A stretch of 64,000 bases of DNA, from NCBI GenBank assembly GCA_004212155.1, contig RXIG01000001.1:143679-207678 (forward strand). The letters run 5' to 3'. Below the pieces are notes generated by a model. The model ran no database searches. It saw only the letters and a list, made by a program, of their open reading frames with translations, and was not told where the DNA came from. The DNA comes from an archaeon (GTDB taxonomy: Archaea > Methanobacteriota_B > Thermococci > Methanofastidiosales > NM3). Below, piece by piece: positions 1 to 8,626 of the stretch; positions within the stretch are counted from its first letter, which is position 1; each line of letters begins with the position of its first letter. The translations under genes and the position numbers were made by a program.

Positions 1-51
1 GAAGTGTGGGAGGATGAGGAACGTACCGAACAGAAGGAATCATACAAGTAA
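1..51 (+). CDS. 3' end of a CDS entering the window (EVWEDEERTEQKESYK*)
   Basis: Open frame 1 to TAA at 49-51, followed by a T-rich tract. Confidence 0.5.
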   Translation, partial: EVWEDEERTEQKESYK

Positions 52-143
52 GCACACTACCTTTTTATTGTGCCGCGCCATATACAATATATGCATTATG
101 ATATGGTGCTAGCAACATTAATTGTTTGCCTGGAGTTGTGGTA

Positions 144-326
144 ATGGCAATTGATATCGTATCCATCATCGTTCTCATCGTGTTGATATTCCTGGTCGTG
201 GCCATCATCAAGAAGTTCCTCTGGCTCATCGTATTGCTCATAATGCTTGCGATAGTATTGACGGTGGCCAGAAGGTATGATGCGCTGCCTGACTTCTTAA
301 CTGCCGTGTTACAATTATATATGTAA
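144..326 (+). CDS. Small membrane protein with about 2 TM helices
   Basis: Hydrophobic ORF MAIDIVSIIVLIVLIFLVV...; GGAG upstream of ATG 144. Confidence 0.65.
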   Translation: MAIDIVSIIVLIVLIFLVVAIIKKFLWLIVLLIMLAIVLTVARRYDALPDFLTAVLQLYM

Positions 327-753
327 ACAGCGAGATTGCCTCGCCCTTACCAGGAAGTCAAAAGCATAGATTAGGTCATGGATCATCGTATTTTCTATTA
401 GCATACGTATAGCCCCCATGGCTTGGCGCGCATGTGCAGTAGCTATGAATGGCGATGAGAGATGCATCCCCGACGCGGAGAGTCTCTTGTCCATCTGGCC
501 CTAGTACTACCTCTTCATGTTGTCTTTAAGGGAAAAAGGGGCGTTACCACCTTGCCAGGGAGGTAGTCGTTTGCAAGAACGGCGAGTAGCACTCGCTCAG
601 CCCTTTCCGTTACACATGGCGGTGGAACTGCTCCGCCACATCGTACTGTTCCTTGTTCACACCTTCAGCCCGCACCGCTGAGGATATCATAGGTGAAAGT
701 TGAAAGGGGAACGAGAAAATATATTGCTTTAAATCCTAAATGATGAGAAAAAG

Positions 754-827
754 CGCCCTCGCCGAGATTCGAACTCGGGATCTTCAGCTCCGCAGGCTGA
801 CGTCATATCCAGCTAGACCACGAGGGC
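754..827 (-). tRNA. tRNA-Arg(GCG), no intron, CCA not encoded
   Basis: Reverse complement GCCCTCG...TCAGC CT GCG GA GCTGA...GTTCGAATC...CGAGGGCG folds as a cloverleaf. Confidence 0.96.
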
Positions 828-880
828 AACAGTTGACATAATTCGAAAACTTATTTAAATCTTTTTATTGCCCCTACTTC

Positions 881-1927
881 ATGGAAGCGTTTCCCGAAGG
901 CACGTATCACGGCCCCATACCTGAAGGGTGTACGCTGTGCGCCCTCGGGGCGAAGATGGTCCTCTTCGTAACAGGCGCCTGTCTCGGGACCTGTTATTAC
1001 TGTCCTCTTTCCGAGAAGAGAAAGGGTGTTTGGGCGACGTGGGCCAATGAGCGCAAGGTGTCCTCTGCAGAGGAGGCAGTGGATGAGGCCCGTTTGATGG
1101 ATGCTCTTGGCACCGGTATCACCGGCGGCGACCCATTGCTCGTGCTTGACGATACCATCACCTATGCCAGGGCACTCAAGGATGCGTTCGACCATCACCA
1201 CATCCATCTCTATACGCCCGGGACGCTCGTTGATTCGATGGCCATGCAATATATCGAGCAGGTAATCGACGAGATACGATTCCATCCCCCTGGCTACGAC
1301 GTAGAAAGGATCGAGCTCGCGCTGCGTCATGACATCTCCGTTGGCGCAGAGGTCCCTGCGATCCCAGGTTTGAAAGATGACCTTATCTCATTTGCCTGCA
1401 GGCTTGACGACATCGGTGCCCATTTTCTCAACCTTAACGAGCTCGAGTACTCCGAGACGAACGCATCGGGGCTCAGGGCGAGGGGATTTTCCTTTTCGAC
1501 CGATTCGAACGCTGTCGAGGGAAGCGAGGAGCTTGCCATTGACATCGTCGGGGCCACGGCGGACCTTGACATCCCCGTGCATTACTGTTCTTCCCGGTTC
1601 AAGGACAGCATCCAGTTCAGGGAGCGCCTGAAGCGCCGTGCGAAGAACGTGAGAAAGAAGTATGAGGACATCGATGACGACGGCCTCCTTGTGCGAGGCG
1701 AGATCGAGGCGCATACTGTCAAGCGGAGAGACGAGGTGCTAAGCGCCATATCCGAGCTCTTCGAACGAGACGACGACATGGTAGAGGCGCGCGGAACGGC
1801 CGTACGTACCAGCTGGGCAGCTGTCGAGGAGCTTCGCGAGATCCTTAACATCCCCGGTGTTCAGTTCTCGATAGTAAAGGAATACCCCACCTATGATAGG
1901 CAAGTCGTAGAAAAAGAGATACTCTAG
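881..1927 (+). CDS. Radical SAM protein, conserved archaeal family of unknown function
   Basis: CLGTCYYC (CxxxCxxC) and ITGGDP motifs. Confidence 0.88.
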   Translation: MEAFPEGTYHGPIPEGCTLCALGAKMVLFVTGACLGTCYYCPLSEKRKGVWATWANERKVSSAEEAVDEARLMDALGTGITGGDPLLVLDDTITYARALKDAFDHHHIHLYTPGTLVDSMAMQYIEQVIDEIRFHPPGYDVERIELALRHDISVGAEVPAIPGLKDDLISFACRLDDIGAHFLNLNELEYSETNASGLRARGFSFSTDSNAVEGSEELAIDIVGATADLDIPVHYCSSRFKDSIQFRERLKRRAKNVRKKYEDIDDDGLLVRGEIEAHTVKRRDEVLSAISELFERDDDMVEARGTAVRTSWAAVEELREILNIPGVQFSIVKEYPTYDRQVVEKEIL

Positions 1928-2679
1928 GCCTTCTTGCCCATGTAGAGCATATACCCAAGCTTCTGTTCGCGAATGGCCTTCTCGCCCCTGCGCATGAGGT
2001 TTTCGAATCGTCCTGCATCGGCTGACGAGGCTTTAAGAAAGATGTTTGAGAAGAGGCGTATCTTCTTCCACTTCTGCAACAAGAGCTTCATGTTCTTCTC
2101 TGCGATCTGCTCCTTTTCCTCGGTGACGATGTTCGATAGGCCTGCCTGCTCCATGTAGTCCTTGAACGTTTCAACAGACAGGGAGGTGACCAGGCATGTA
2201 AGCTCCTTGAGCTCCTCTTGGTCCTCATCGCTCATCTCCGTTGTCGTGAAGTCGGCCATGGCAAACGTTCCCCCCTCCTTGAGGACTCGGCTACATTCGC
2301 TGATGGCCTTTGCCTTGTTGTCATAGCATGACAGTGATCGTTCCAGGACGACGAGGTCAAACGTCCCATCCTCGAACGGGAGGTCTTCTGCAAAGCCCCT
2401 TACAAAGGAGACCTTCTTGGTAAGCTTTTCTCGGCGAGCGATCTTCTCGGCCTCCTTGATGTGCGCTTCGAAGATGTCGCTGCCCACGACGGTGCAACCG
2501 ATCTCCTTTGCAAAATAGAATACCGTCTCGCCACCCCTGCATGCCACTACCAGGATGTATGTGTTCTTGTCCACTGGAATTGTGTTGGTGAGTTCCTCGC
2601 GAATTTTCTGTGTTGTCGTGTAAAAGATGTCACCAAGGATCTTGTCGACAAAGCCCCTCTCGTATGCCTCTTCAACCAT
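1924..2679 (-). CDS. Class I SAM-dependent methyltransferase (UbiE/ArsM-like fold)
   Basis: AEDLPFEDGTFDLV and SRVLKEGG motifs; degenerate motif I (VVACRGG). Confidence 0.85.
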   Translation of the reverse strand: MVEEAYERGFVDKILGDIFYTTTQKIREELTNTIPVDKNTYILVVACRGGETVFYFAKEIGCTVVGSDIFEAHIKEAEKIARREKLTKKVSFVRGFAEDLPFEDGTFDLVVLERSLSCYDNKAKAISECSRVLKEGGTFAMADFTTTEMSDEDQEELKELTCLVTSLSVETFKDYMEQAGLSNIVTEEKEQIAEKNMKLLLQKWKKIRLFSNIFLKASSADAGRFENLMRRGEKAIREQKLGYMLYMGKKA

Positions 2680-2799
2680 TGTACGTTAATAGGGGCGATA
2701 GATATATTAATTTTTTGTGGTATCTAGAATATTATTCTATATTTTGTAATAAAATCACAAATGTACCTATATGTTATGCAATTATAAATTTTTATATAT

Positions 2800-2815
2800 T
2801 GGTACTATAGTACCA
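2800..2815. promoter_or_regulatory. Perfect 16-bp palindrome TGGTACTATAGTACCA immediately after a TATA-like TTTATATA
   Basis: Read directly; lies in the divergent intergenic region 2680-2915. Confidence 0.45.
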
Positions 2816-2915
2816 TGCAATGCGACACGTTGTCTACGTGTGCCACATAGCTGTCAAGAATGGTAGTTTTTCACCACTAAGCAATGTTTAAATAGTTTTC
2901 TATAGCAACGGGCAC

Positions 2916-3524
2916 ATGGGAAAACGAAGGCATCTGGCATGTTTGCTTGTCGTTTGCGTGACGCTCATACTCATCATGGTCGAGGATGCGTTGCCCGCAT
3001 CGTCGTTTGATGGCTTTATATACAAGGAGTTCGTACTCTATCTTGCAATACCCCTCGTGGCCGCATACGCTCTTCGCAGATCCGTGCGCCCATTTGGCTT
3101 TGCACTAGGCGACAGGAAGAAGGTGGCCCGGTATGCAGTGATGCTCTACGGGATTGGCATACCTTTCATGATCGTGGGGTCGCGCATGAGCGCATTTCGT
3201 GCGTATTATCCTCGTTTCTCATTCGGCTCCTGGGAGGAGCTTGTATACTGGGAGCTCATGATAGGTGTTTTGATGCTCTCGACCGAGTTTTTCTTTCGTG
3301 GATTTCTCATGTTCGGGTGCAAGCGTGTCGGCAGGTGGGCCATACTGCTACAGGCCGTCCCCTATGCTTACATCCACCTGGGCAAGCCGATGCTCGAGGT
3401 CTACTACTCATTCTTCGCGGGCCTTGCGTTCGGATACATCGACTGGGAGTCCAAAAGCATCCTTCCTTCGTTTCTCGTTCACTGGTGCGCATCGGTGACC
3501 TTTGACATCCTCTGCATGGTGTGA
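2916..3524 (+). CDS. CPBP (CAAX/Abi) intramembrane protease, sortase-like MrtA-type candidate
   Basis: STEFFFRG, HLGKP and SFLVHW motifs; multiple TM segments. Confidence 0.82.
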   Translation: MGKRRHLACLLVVCVTLILIMVEDALPASSFDGFIYKEFVLYLAIPLVAAYALRRSVRPFGFALGDRKKVARYAVMLYGIGIPFMIVGSRMSAFRAYYPRFSFGSWEELVYWELMIGVLMLSTEFFFRGFLMFGCKRVGRWAILLQAVPYAYIHLGKPMLEVYYSFFAGLAFGYIDWESKSILPSFLVHWCASVTFDILCMV

Positions 3525-3555
3525 TAATCTTTATAAGCGAATCCTCAGAGAGTAT

Positions 3556-4113
3556 ATGACAACGATGAGGGCCCATTACAAGTATCCATTCTTGCTCGTG
3601 CTCGTCACGATCGTGGGCGTGGCGGTGTTTTCACTCTTCTACACGCCGGAACAGAGCCTCTCTATCGTGCTCCATGAGCGTGACACGAACATGACGGTCC
3701 ATGTTCCCCTGTCGACCGTGCTCGAGCGATGCGAGGTAAAGGAACGGATCGTAAACGATGTGTGGCGAAACGAACTGATGACGTATGACTGCATCACGCT
3801 GCACGAGCTCCTTACGGATTCGGGGTATTTCTCCGAAGCACAGGAAGGCTTCGTATGCATGACAAACATACAGGGCACGATGGTATGCATACCAAGGGAG
3901 GACATCGCTGCCCATCCGCAACAGTTCCTCTTCGCAGTGGGGCGATCGGGTGAGGACCTTGCCGTAAGCTTTTCCAACACACCCGAAGCAGGGGGCCCGA
4001 TGCGCGTGCTTATCGAATATGACGATACGCTTACTCAGGAGGAATACGGCCCATCGTACTGGATGTGGTGCGTCTACAAGATCAGTCTTGTACGAGAAGA
4101 TCCTCGCTCGTGA
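3556..4113 (+). CDS. Membrane-anchored hypothetical protein, weakly resembling molybdopterin-binding oxidoreductase domains
   Basis: N-terminal TM helix; GGPMRVLI...WMWCVYKI C-terminal pattern. Confidence 0.6.
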   Translation: MTTMRAHYKYPFLLVLVTIVGVAVFSLFYTPEQSLSIVLHERDTNMTVHVPLSTVLERCEVKERIVNDVWRNELMTYDCITLHELLTDSGYFSEAQEGFVCMTNIQGTMVCIPREDIAAHPQQFLFAVGRSGEDLAVSFSNTPEAGGPMRVLIEYDDTLTQEEYGPSYWMWCVYKISLVREDPRS

Positions 4114-4306
4114 CGTTAAGGATCACGCTATCACCGAGCTTGGACACCTTGTCCATGCTCACGAGGACCGATGTGCGAAATCCCTTGTGCACCTCGAGTG
4201 CCGTGATGGCATACGTAGTGGCGTCGAACTCCACATCGTGTACCTTGCCCATTTCCCGGGCATCAACATCATATACCCGTTTTCCCAAGAGCGACTTTAC
4301 CATCAT
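4082..4306 (-). CDS. PRC-barrel domain protein
   Basis: LLGKRVYDVDAREMGKVHDVEFD...VSKLGDSVIL pattern. Confidence 0.82.
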   Translation of the reverse strand: MMVKSLLGKRVYDVDAREMGKVHDVEFDATTYAITALEVHKGFRTSVLVSMDKVSKLGDSVILNVTSEDLLVQD

Positions 4307-4420
4307 TGTGAACACCTTTTTTATTATCATTACGGGCTGTTAATTATTTTTATTCTCTGCACTCTAAATTATATATTAGTGTCTATAAAAAACACTTCTA
4401 TCCTTTAAAACCAAAAGATT

Positions 4421-4438
4421 TATAAGTATATACTTATA
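4421..4438. promoter_or_regulatory. Palindrome TATAAGTATATACTTATA overlapping BRE/TATA (CCAAAAGATTTATAA); putative ArsR operator
   Basis: Perfect inverted repeat; related copy at 13740-13757. Confidence 0.6.
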
Positions 4439-4466
4439 TCTATATATATTGAAGATAGGAAATGAT

Positions 4467-5141
4467 ATGATGAAGATTGGATTTTTACCCTGTCAGGGGA
4501 CTTGTAATGTAGGAGTCATGACCTCAAAAATAGCTATGGGATTTGCAGAAAAAGGGGTCGGCGACATGGTATGCCCGCTTGGTATACCTTTGGGTCTAGA
4601 AGGGATACTAAAGAAGGCAAAAACAAATGATCGATTCATTGCATTGAACGGCTGCACCCTCAAATGTGCTTCAAAGACATTGGATTCGGCAGATCTACGA
4701 GAATATCAGGAAGTAGTGCTTACTTCAGATTTCGGCATTGAAAAAAACAAGAACTACCATGAGGAGAATGGAATGGAACGGGTGGCAAAACACGTTTCCC
4801 AAATGCTTTCTGAAATGTTGGAAAAAGACGTGGAGTCCCCTATATTTCCTTCCGAACAAGAAAAACAAGAAAGAAGTGGTACCATGGACGAAGAACTGAT
4901 GGAAAAGATAAAAACCCTAAGCAACGATGAGAAAGAGGAGGTCATTCGTATAATCCTTCCTGAAGCCTGTAAGGATATGCAACAGATGAAACGAATGATG
5001 ATGCCTATTTGCATGGATATGATGCAAAAAGGAAATACTACCATGGATGAGATGATGGGCATGATGATGAAGATGAGCAAAGAAATGCGCGAATCACAGA
5101 AAAAGCCCCCTCACAATGGATGCGGCTGCGGATGTTGCTAA
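4467..5141 (+). CDS. DGC-domain putative zinc-binding protein with Met-rich extension and CGCGCC tail
   Basis: PCQGTCNVG, MVC and ALNGCTLKCA motifs; C-terminal region rich in Met. Confidence 0.78.
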   Translation: MMKIGFLPCQGTCNVGVMTSKIAMGFAEKGVGDMVCPLGIPLGLEGILKKAKTNDRFIALNGCTLKCASKTLDSADLREYQEVVLTSDFGIEKNKNYHEENGMERVAKHVSQMLSEMLEKDVESPIFPSEQEKQERSGTMDEELMEKIKTLSNDEKEEVIRIILPEACKDMQQMKRMMMPICMDMMQKGNTTMDEMMGMMMKMSKEMRESQKKPPHNGCGCGCC

Positions 5142-5358
5142 ATAAGCTGTAAGATCGTGTACCAGAAACCACATTCATTTGGTGATCGTCGAGGCTTCAG
5201 TTGCCAGAGTATGTATTACACCCCCTGTGGCATAAAACCAATGTCATGAGCCCGGGGCTCTGGGAGATGACATTCAAGACCCAGTTGCTTTGGGGTTAGG
5301 TAGGGGAATGATTTCCAAGCTTCATTCGTATGAATGGCAATGAACACAAATCAAAAAC

Positions 5359-5733
5359 ATGATGGACATGGATCATACAATTGATATCTTCAGAATGCTG
5401 TCAGATGAATCAAGATTACGGTTGCTTATACTGTTGTCTTACCAACCGTTATGCGTATGCCAGTTGTCCGAGATAATGGAAAAAACCCAACCTGCCATCT
5501 CCAGCCATCTGGCAAAACTACGTGCTAATGGCCTTGTTGCATACGACAAACATGGACAATGGGTATTCTATCATCTAAAATATGATAACGAAGTTCTAGA
5601 TTTACTGTTAAAGTATCTGGTACATAATCGTACGAGCTTTCCCACTCTAGAAAAGGATAGAGCGGCGTACGATTCCGTGGTAAGAGGGGACACCAAATGC
5701 CAACATGGCATAGGGGTGAAAAATGATGAATGA
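5359..5733 (+). CDS. ArsR/SmtB family transcriptional repressor
   Basis: LSDESRLRLL, LCVCQL and QPAISSHLAKLR helix-turn-helix. Confidence 0.9.
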   Translation: MMDMDHTIDIFRMLSDESRLRLLILLSYQPLCVCQLSEIMEKTQPAISSHLAKLRANGLVAYDKHGQWVFYHLKYDNEVLDLLLKYLVHNRTSFPTLEKDRAAYDSVVRGDTKCQHGIGVKNDE

Positions 5734-6457
5734 ATATCAGGTGATGGAAACACGACTCGTTGAACTTCTTCATCTATCACGATGTCCTGTGGGCGTAAAG
5801 TTCCTAGATTCAAAAAATACAAATAATTATAAAGATTTGCTTGAATCGAGCAAAAGAGTACGATATTGCCAAGCGTTGATGCTCGCAGGCAAGGGGGAAA
5901 GAATCGTTCTTTCCAAAGATAAAATAGCATGCCCTGCTGCCTCGGCAGCTTTTGGATTCGCACCTCTGACCGAGGCTTTAGAGAGTGGGAAGATGCTTCA
6001 TACATTGGGTCTTTTCGAGAGCATCGAATCTTCTAGAGAGCTCATGGCAAAAATGCCCAGACTTGTTGCCGGGGCTTATGATGCAGTGTTGCTCAGTCCT
6101 TTGGGATGTATGGTAGAAGACCCAGACATCGTGGTATTGGAATCCCAGCCAGAGCACCTGATGTGGGTTGCACTTGCTAGCATCTATACAACTGGCGAAA
6201 GGATGAAATTCAGTACTGGCGTATTTCAGGCAACATGTGTGGATGCCACAGTAGTGCCTTTTCGTGATCACAAGCTCAATGCTAGTCTTGGATGTTATGG
6301 GTGCAGGGACTCGACAGACATAGGAAAAGATGAAGTGTTAGTAGGGTTTCCATACTGTTCTACAATACCCATCATACGTGCCTTAGAGCAATTGTCAACA
6401 AAACCAATGAAGCGCGTGAGGGAAAAAACAGCGCTAAAACACCTAAATAAATGTTGA
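5723..6457 (+). CDS. DUF169 family protein
   Basis: PVGVKF, RYCQAL, IACP and SLGCYGCR motifs. Confidence 0.82.
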   Translation: MMNEYQVMETRLVELLHLSRCPVGVKFLDSKNTNNYKDLLESSKRVRYCQALMLAGKGERIVLSKDKIACPAASAAFGFAPLTEALESGKMLHTLGLFESIESSRELMAKMPRLVAGAYDAVLLSPLGCMVEDPDIVVLESQPEHLMWVALASIYTTGERMKFSTGVFQATCVDATVVPFRDHKLNASLGCYGCRDSTDIGKDEVLVGFPYCSTIPIIRALEQLSTKPMKRVREKTALKHLNKC

Positions 6458-6527
6458 TTATATACTAAAATCTATAATCGTAAGTATTATATGGATAAAG
6501 TCGATAATAAAACAGGGTGATGAAGCG

Positions 6528-6749
6528 ATGACCGATACTTGGTATCCTATAATTGATATGGTGCGATGCACCAAATGTCTGGAATGTGTGAACTTCTGTC
6601 CACATGATGTGTTTACTGTTGAGAATGATCGACCCATAGTGGAGCATCCGGAGAACTGTGTTGAGTTTTGCAGGGGCTGCCAAAGAGGCGCTTGCGAATA
6701 TGAAGCTATTCTATTTCGTGGCGGGGATGTATGTATGGAGGAATTCTGA
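6528..6749 (+). CDS. Ferredoxin, 2x[4Fe-4S] type
   Basis: CTKCLECVNFCP and CVEFCRGCQRGAC. Confidence 0.88.
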   Translation: MTDTWYPIIDMVRCTKCLECVNFCPHDVFTVENDRPIVEHPENCVEFCRGCQRGACEYEAILFRGGDVCMEEF

Positions 6750-7108
6750 TGGGGAAGAAAGGTCTAATCGTATGTGTATGCCAAGGCACATGCCCTTCAT
6801 TCCAAAAGATGAATGTATTCAATGTGCTCAATGCTATACGAAGGAAAAAACTAGTTGATTTCGTTTCACTCCATCCACAGCTATGTGCCAAGGATGGCGA
6901 CGAATACCTTCGGACGCTACTATCAAATACTGATATTGATAGATTGTATGTGGCAGCCTGTGAGTCTCATATGCAGGAGAAGATGTTTGAGCGAGCTTTC
7001 AACGATGCAGGCTTTGATCCTTCAAAACATTCGTCTGTCGATATACGCAACATGAACACCGAGGAAGCTGTGACCGCAATTACAAAGCTCATCGAGGAAA
7101 ATCCCTAA
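6749..7108 (+). CDS. Stand-alone HdrA N-terminal-like Fe-S domain protein
   Basis: VCVCQGTC, HPQLC, YVAAC and VDIRN motifs; TGATG overlap with the ferredoxin stop. Confidence 0.72.
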   Translation: MGKKGLIVCVCQGTCPSFQKMNVFNVLNAIRRKKLVDFVSLHPQLCAKDGDEYLRTLLSNTDIDRLYVAACESHMQEKMFERAFNDAGFDPSKHSSVDIRNMNTEEAVTAITKLIEENP

Positions 7109-7337
7109 TTCGTATGTCCTCGGCATCCGCGCTTCGGCCGAAGAGAATGTGAATTCAAAAACACATGCACCATATCTTTTCAACGTCGTATCCCATGTAG
7201 CGGGATATTTTTCATTTTTTTTCTGCATATTTTATGTAGAAAAAAATAGGCTAGTAATTATTAATATTATAATATTATAGTAGTATCAACTTCGTGGATG
7301 TCACAATCTTTATATTAACGTATTCTACCACTCTCAC

Positions 7338-7958
7338 ATGCTTAAGATCATCATAGCCGAAGCAGAGCTTGAACCAATGCCCCGCTCGCTTCGCAGCCTT
7401 CCAGTCATGAAGAAGAAATATGGACGAAAGGATGTGGTCCTGCTTGATAGCAACTACCATCATACCTCGATGCAGACACTCCCCGATGCATATCGAAGAG
7501 GGAGGCCGGACATCGTGCACGTCTGCCTGCTCAATGCCCTTGAGTCTCCGCTCAACAAGGACGGAGGGCTGGAGGTATACGTCCATACCCGCAATGACAA
7601 GGTCATATACATCGACCCGTCGTGGAAGGTCCCCAAATCATACAATAGATTCGTGGGATTGATGGAACAGCTCTTTTCAACCCGCCGCATCACAGCAGGT
7701 GATACCGAACTGCTCCGTATGGTGAACAAGACGTTGCCAGACCTCATCACCGAGGTATCCAGCGGCATGCCTGTCAAGGTGATGCACTACGAGGGCGCCC
7801 CGTATGAGCCGGACCCTGACGAGGTCCTCGTCATCGGAGGATTCCCTCATGGCGATTTTGTCAGCGACCTCCCCTTTTCGCGTTTTTCGATCCATGGCGA
7901 AGAGCTTGTGGCATGGGCAGTGCTCAACCATGTCGTATACGGCGCGCACGGTACATAG
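7338..7958 (+). CDS. nep1: 16S rRNA pseudouridine N1-methyltransferase Nep1
   Basis: LLDSNYH, RRGRPDIVH, YNRFVGLMEQL and IGGFPHGDF motifs. Confidence 0.93.
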   Translation: MLKIIIAEAELEPMPRSLRSLPVMKKKYGRKDVVLLDSNYHHTSMQTLPDAYRRGRPDIVHVCLLNALESPLNKDGGLEVYVHTRNDKVIYIDPSWKVPKSYNRFVGLMEQLFSTRRITAGDTELLRMVNKTLPDLITEVSSGMPVKVMHYEGAPYEPDPDEVLVIGGFPHGDFVSDLPFSRFSIHGEELVAWAVLNHVVYGAHGT

Positions 7959-7990
7959 GTTTAAATATTTCTCACATACTCTCATACGAT

Positions 7991-8626
7991 ATGAAGTGGA
8001 AGCGCCGAAGGCGCCAAAGACAAAAGATCGCTTCCAGGCACATATCCCGCCTCTTCGACCTTGCAATGGCATACGTGCATGAGAACCCGGCACGCGCCCG
8101 CCGCTATATCGAGATGGCGCGTTCCATCTCCCGCAAGCACAAGGTATCGTTTTCCAAGGAACAGAAACGGTCATATTGCGCGGCATGCAATCTCCCTCTC
8201 GTTACCGGTTCCACGGCACGGGTCAGGATCGGGCATGGCAGGGTGAGCATCACGTGCCTTTCGTGCGGACACGTTAAACGGTATCCCTACCGCAAGGAAC
8301 GGCGCCTGGCGCGCACGCGCCGCCGTGGTTATGCAGAAACCAAGGTCAAGGGAGGGCTCGTCTGCGTTGATGTCACACTCGAGGGCCGTGCCATCAAAGA
8401 CATACAGATAAGCGGTGATTTTTTCTTCTATCCGGAGGAGAAGCTCTCCTTGCTCGAAGATCGCATGCGCCATGTCCAGACGTTCAAGGTACGAGATGCC
8501 GTGCACGCATTCTTCGAGCAGGAGGGCGTGAAGGCGCCGGGCATGACGCCTGACGAACTTGCCGGCGCCATCATGCGCGCCTCAGGCAGGGCAATGCCCC
8601 TTAAAAGTTGGCCTTCACCGTCTTGA
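7991..8626 (+). CDS. rnp4: RNase P protein Rpp21 fused in frame to a lipoate-protein ligase C-terminal (LplB-like) domain
   Basis: ARRYIEMARSI...KRSYCAAC...ARVR...CLSCGHVKRYP, then KVKGGLV...IQISGDFFFYPEE. Confidence 0.82.
   Translation: MKWKRRRRQRQKIASRHISRLFDLAMAYVHENPARARRYIEMARSISRKHKVSFSKEQKRSYCAACNLPLVTGSTARVRIGHGRVSITCLSCGHVKRYPYRKERRLARTRRRGYAETKVKGGLVCVDVTLEGRAIKDIQISGDFFFYPEEKLSLLEDRMRHVQTFKVRDAVHAFFEQEGVKAPGMTPDELAGAIMRASGRAMPLKSWPSPS

Noticed and set aside
660-712. Hammerhead-like CTGAGGA...GAAA core
   Set aside because: Stem II does not close (U opposite U) and no compatible stem I/III with an NUH site can be drawn
2562-2580. Partial ORB core TTCCAGTGGAC on the minus strand
   Set aside because: Inside a CDS (encodes IPVD) and lacks the G-string; probably chance
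5240-5274. Nested inverted repeat AATGTCAT-GAGCCC-G-GGGCTC...ATGACATT as a SECIS or riboswitch
   Set aside because: No UGA-containing gene adjacent and no SECIS GAA/A loop; the inner stem has only a 1-nt loop. At most a terminator or operator
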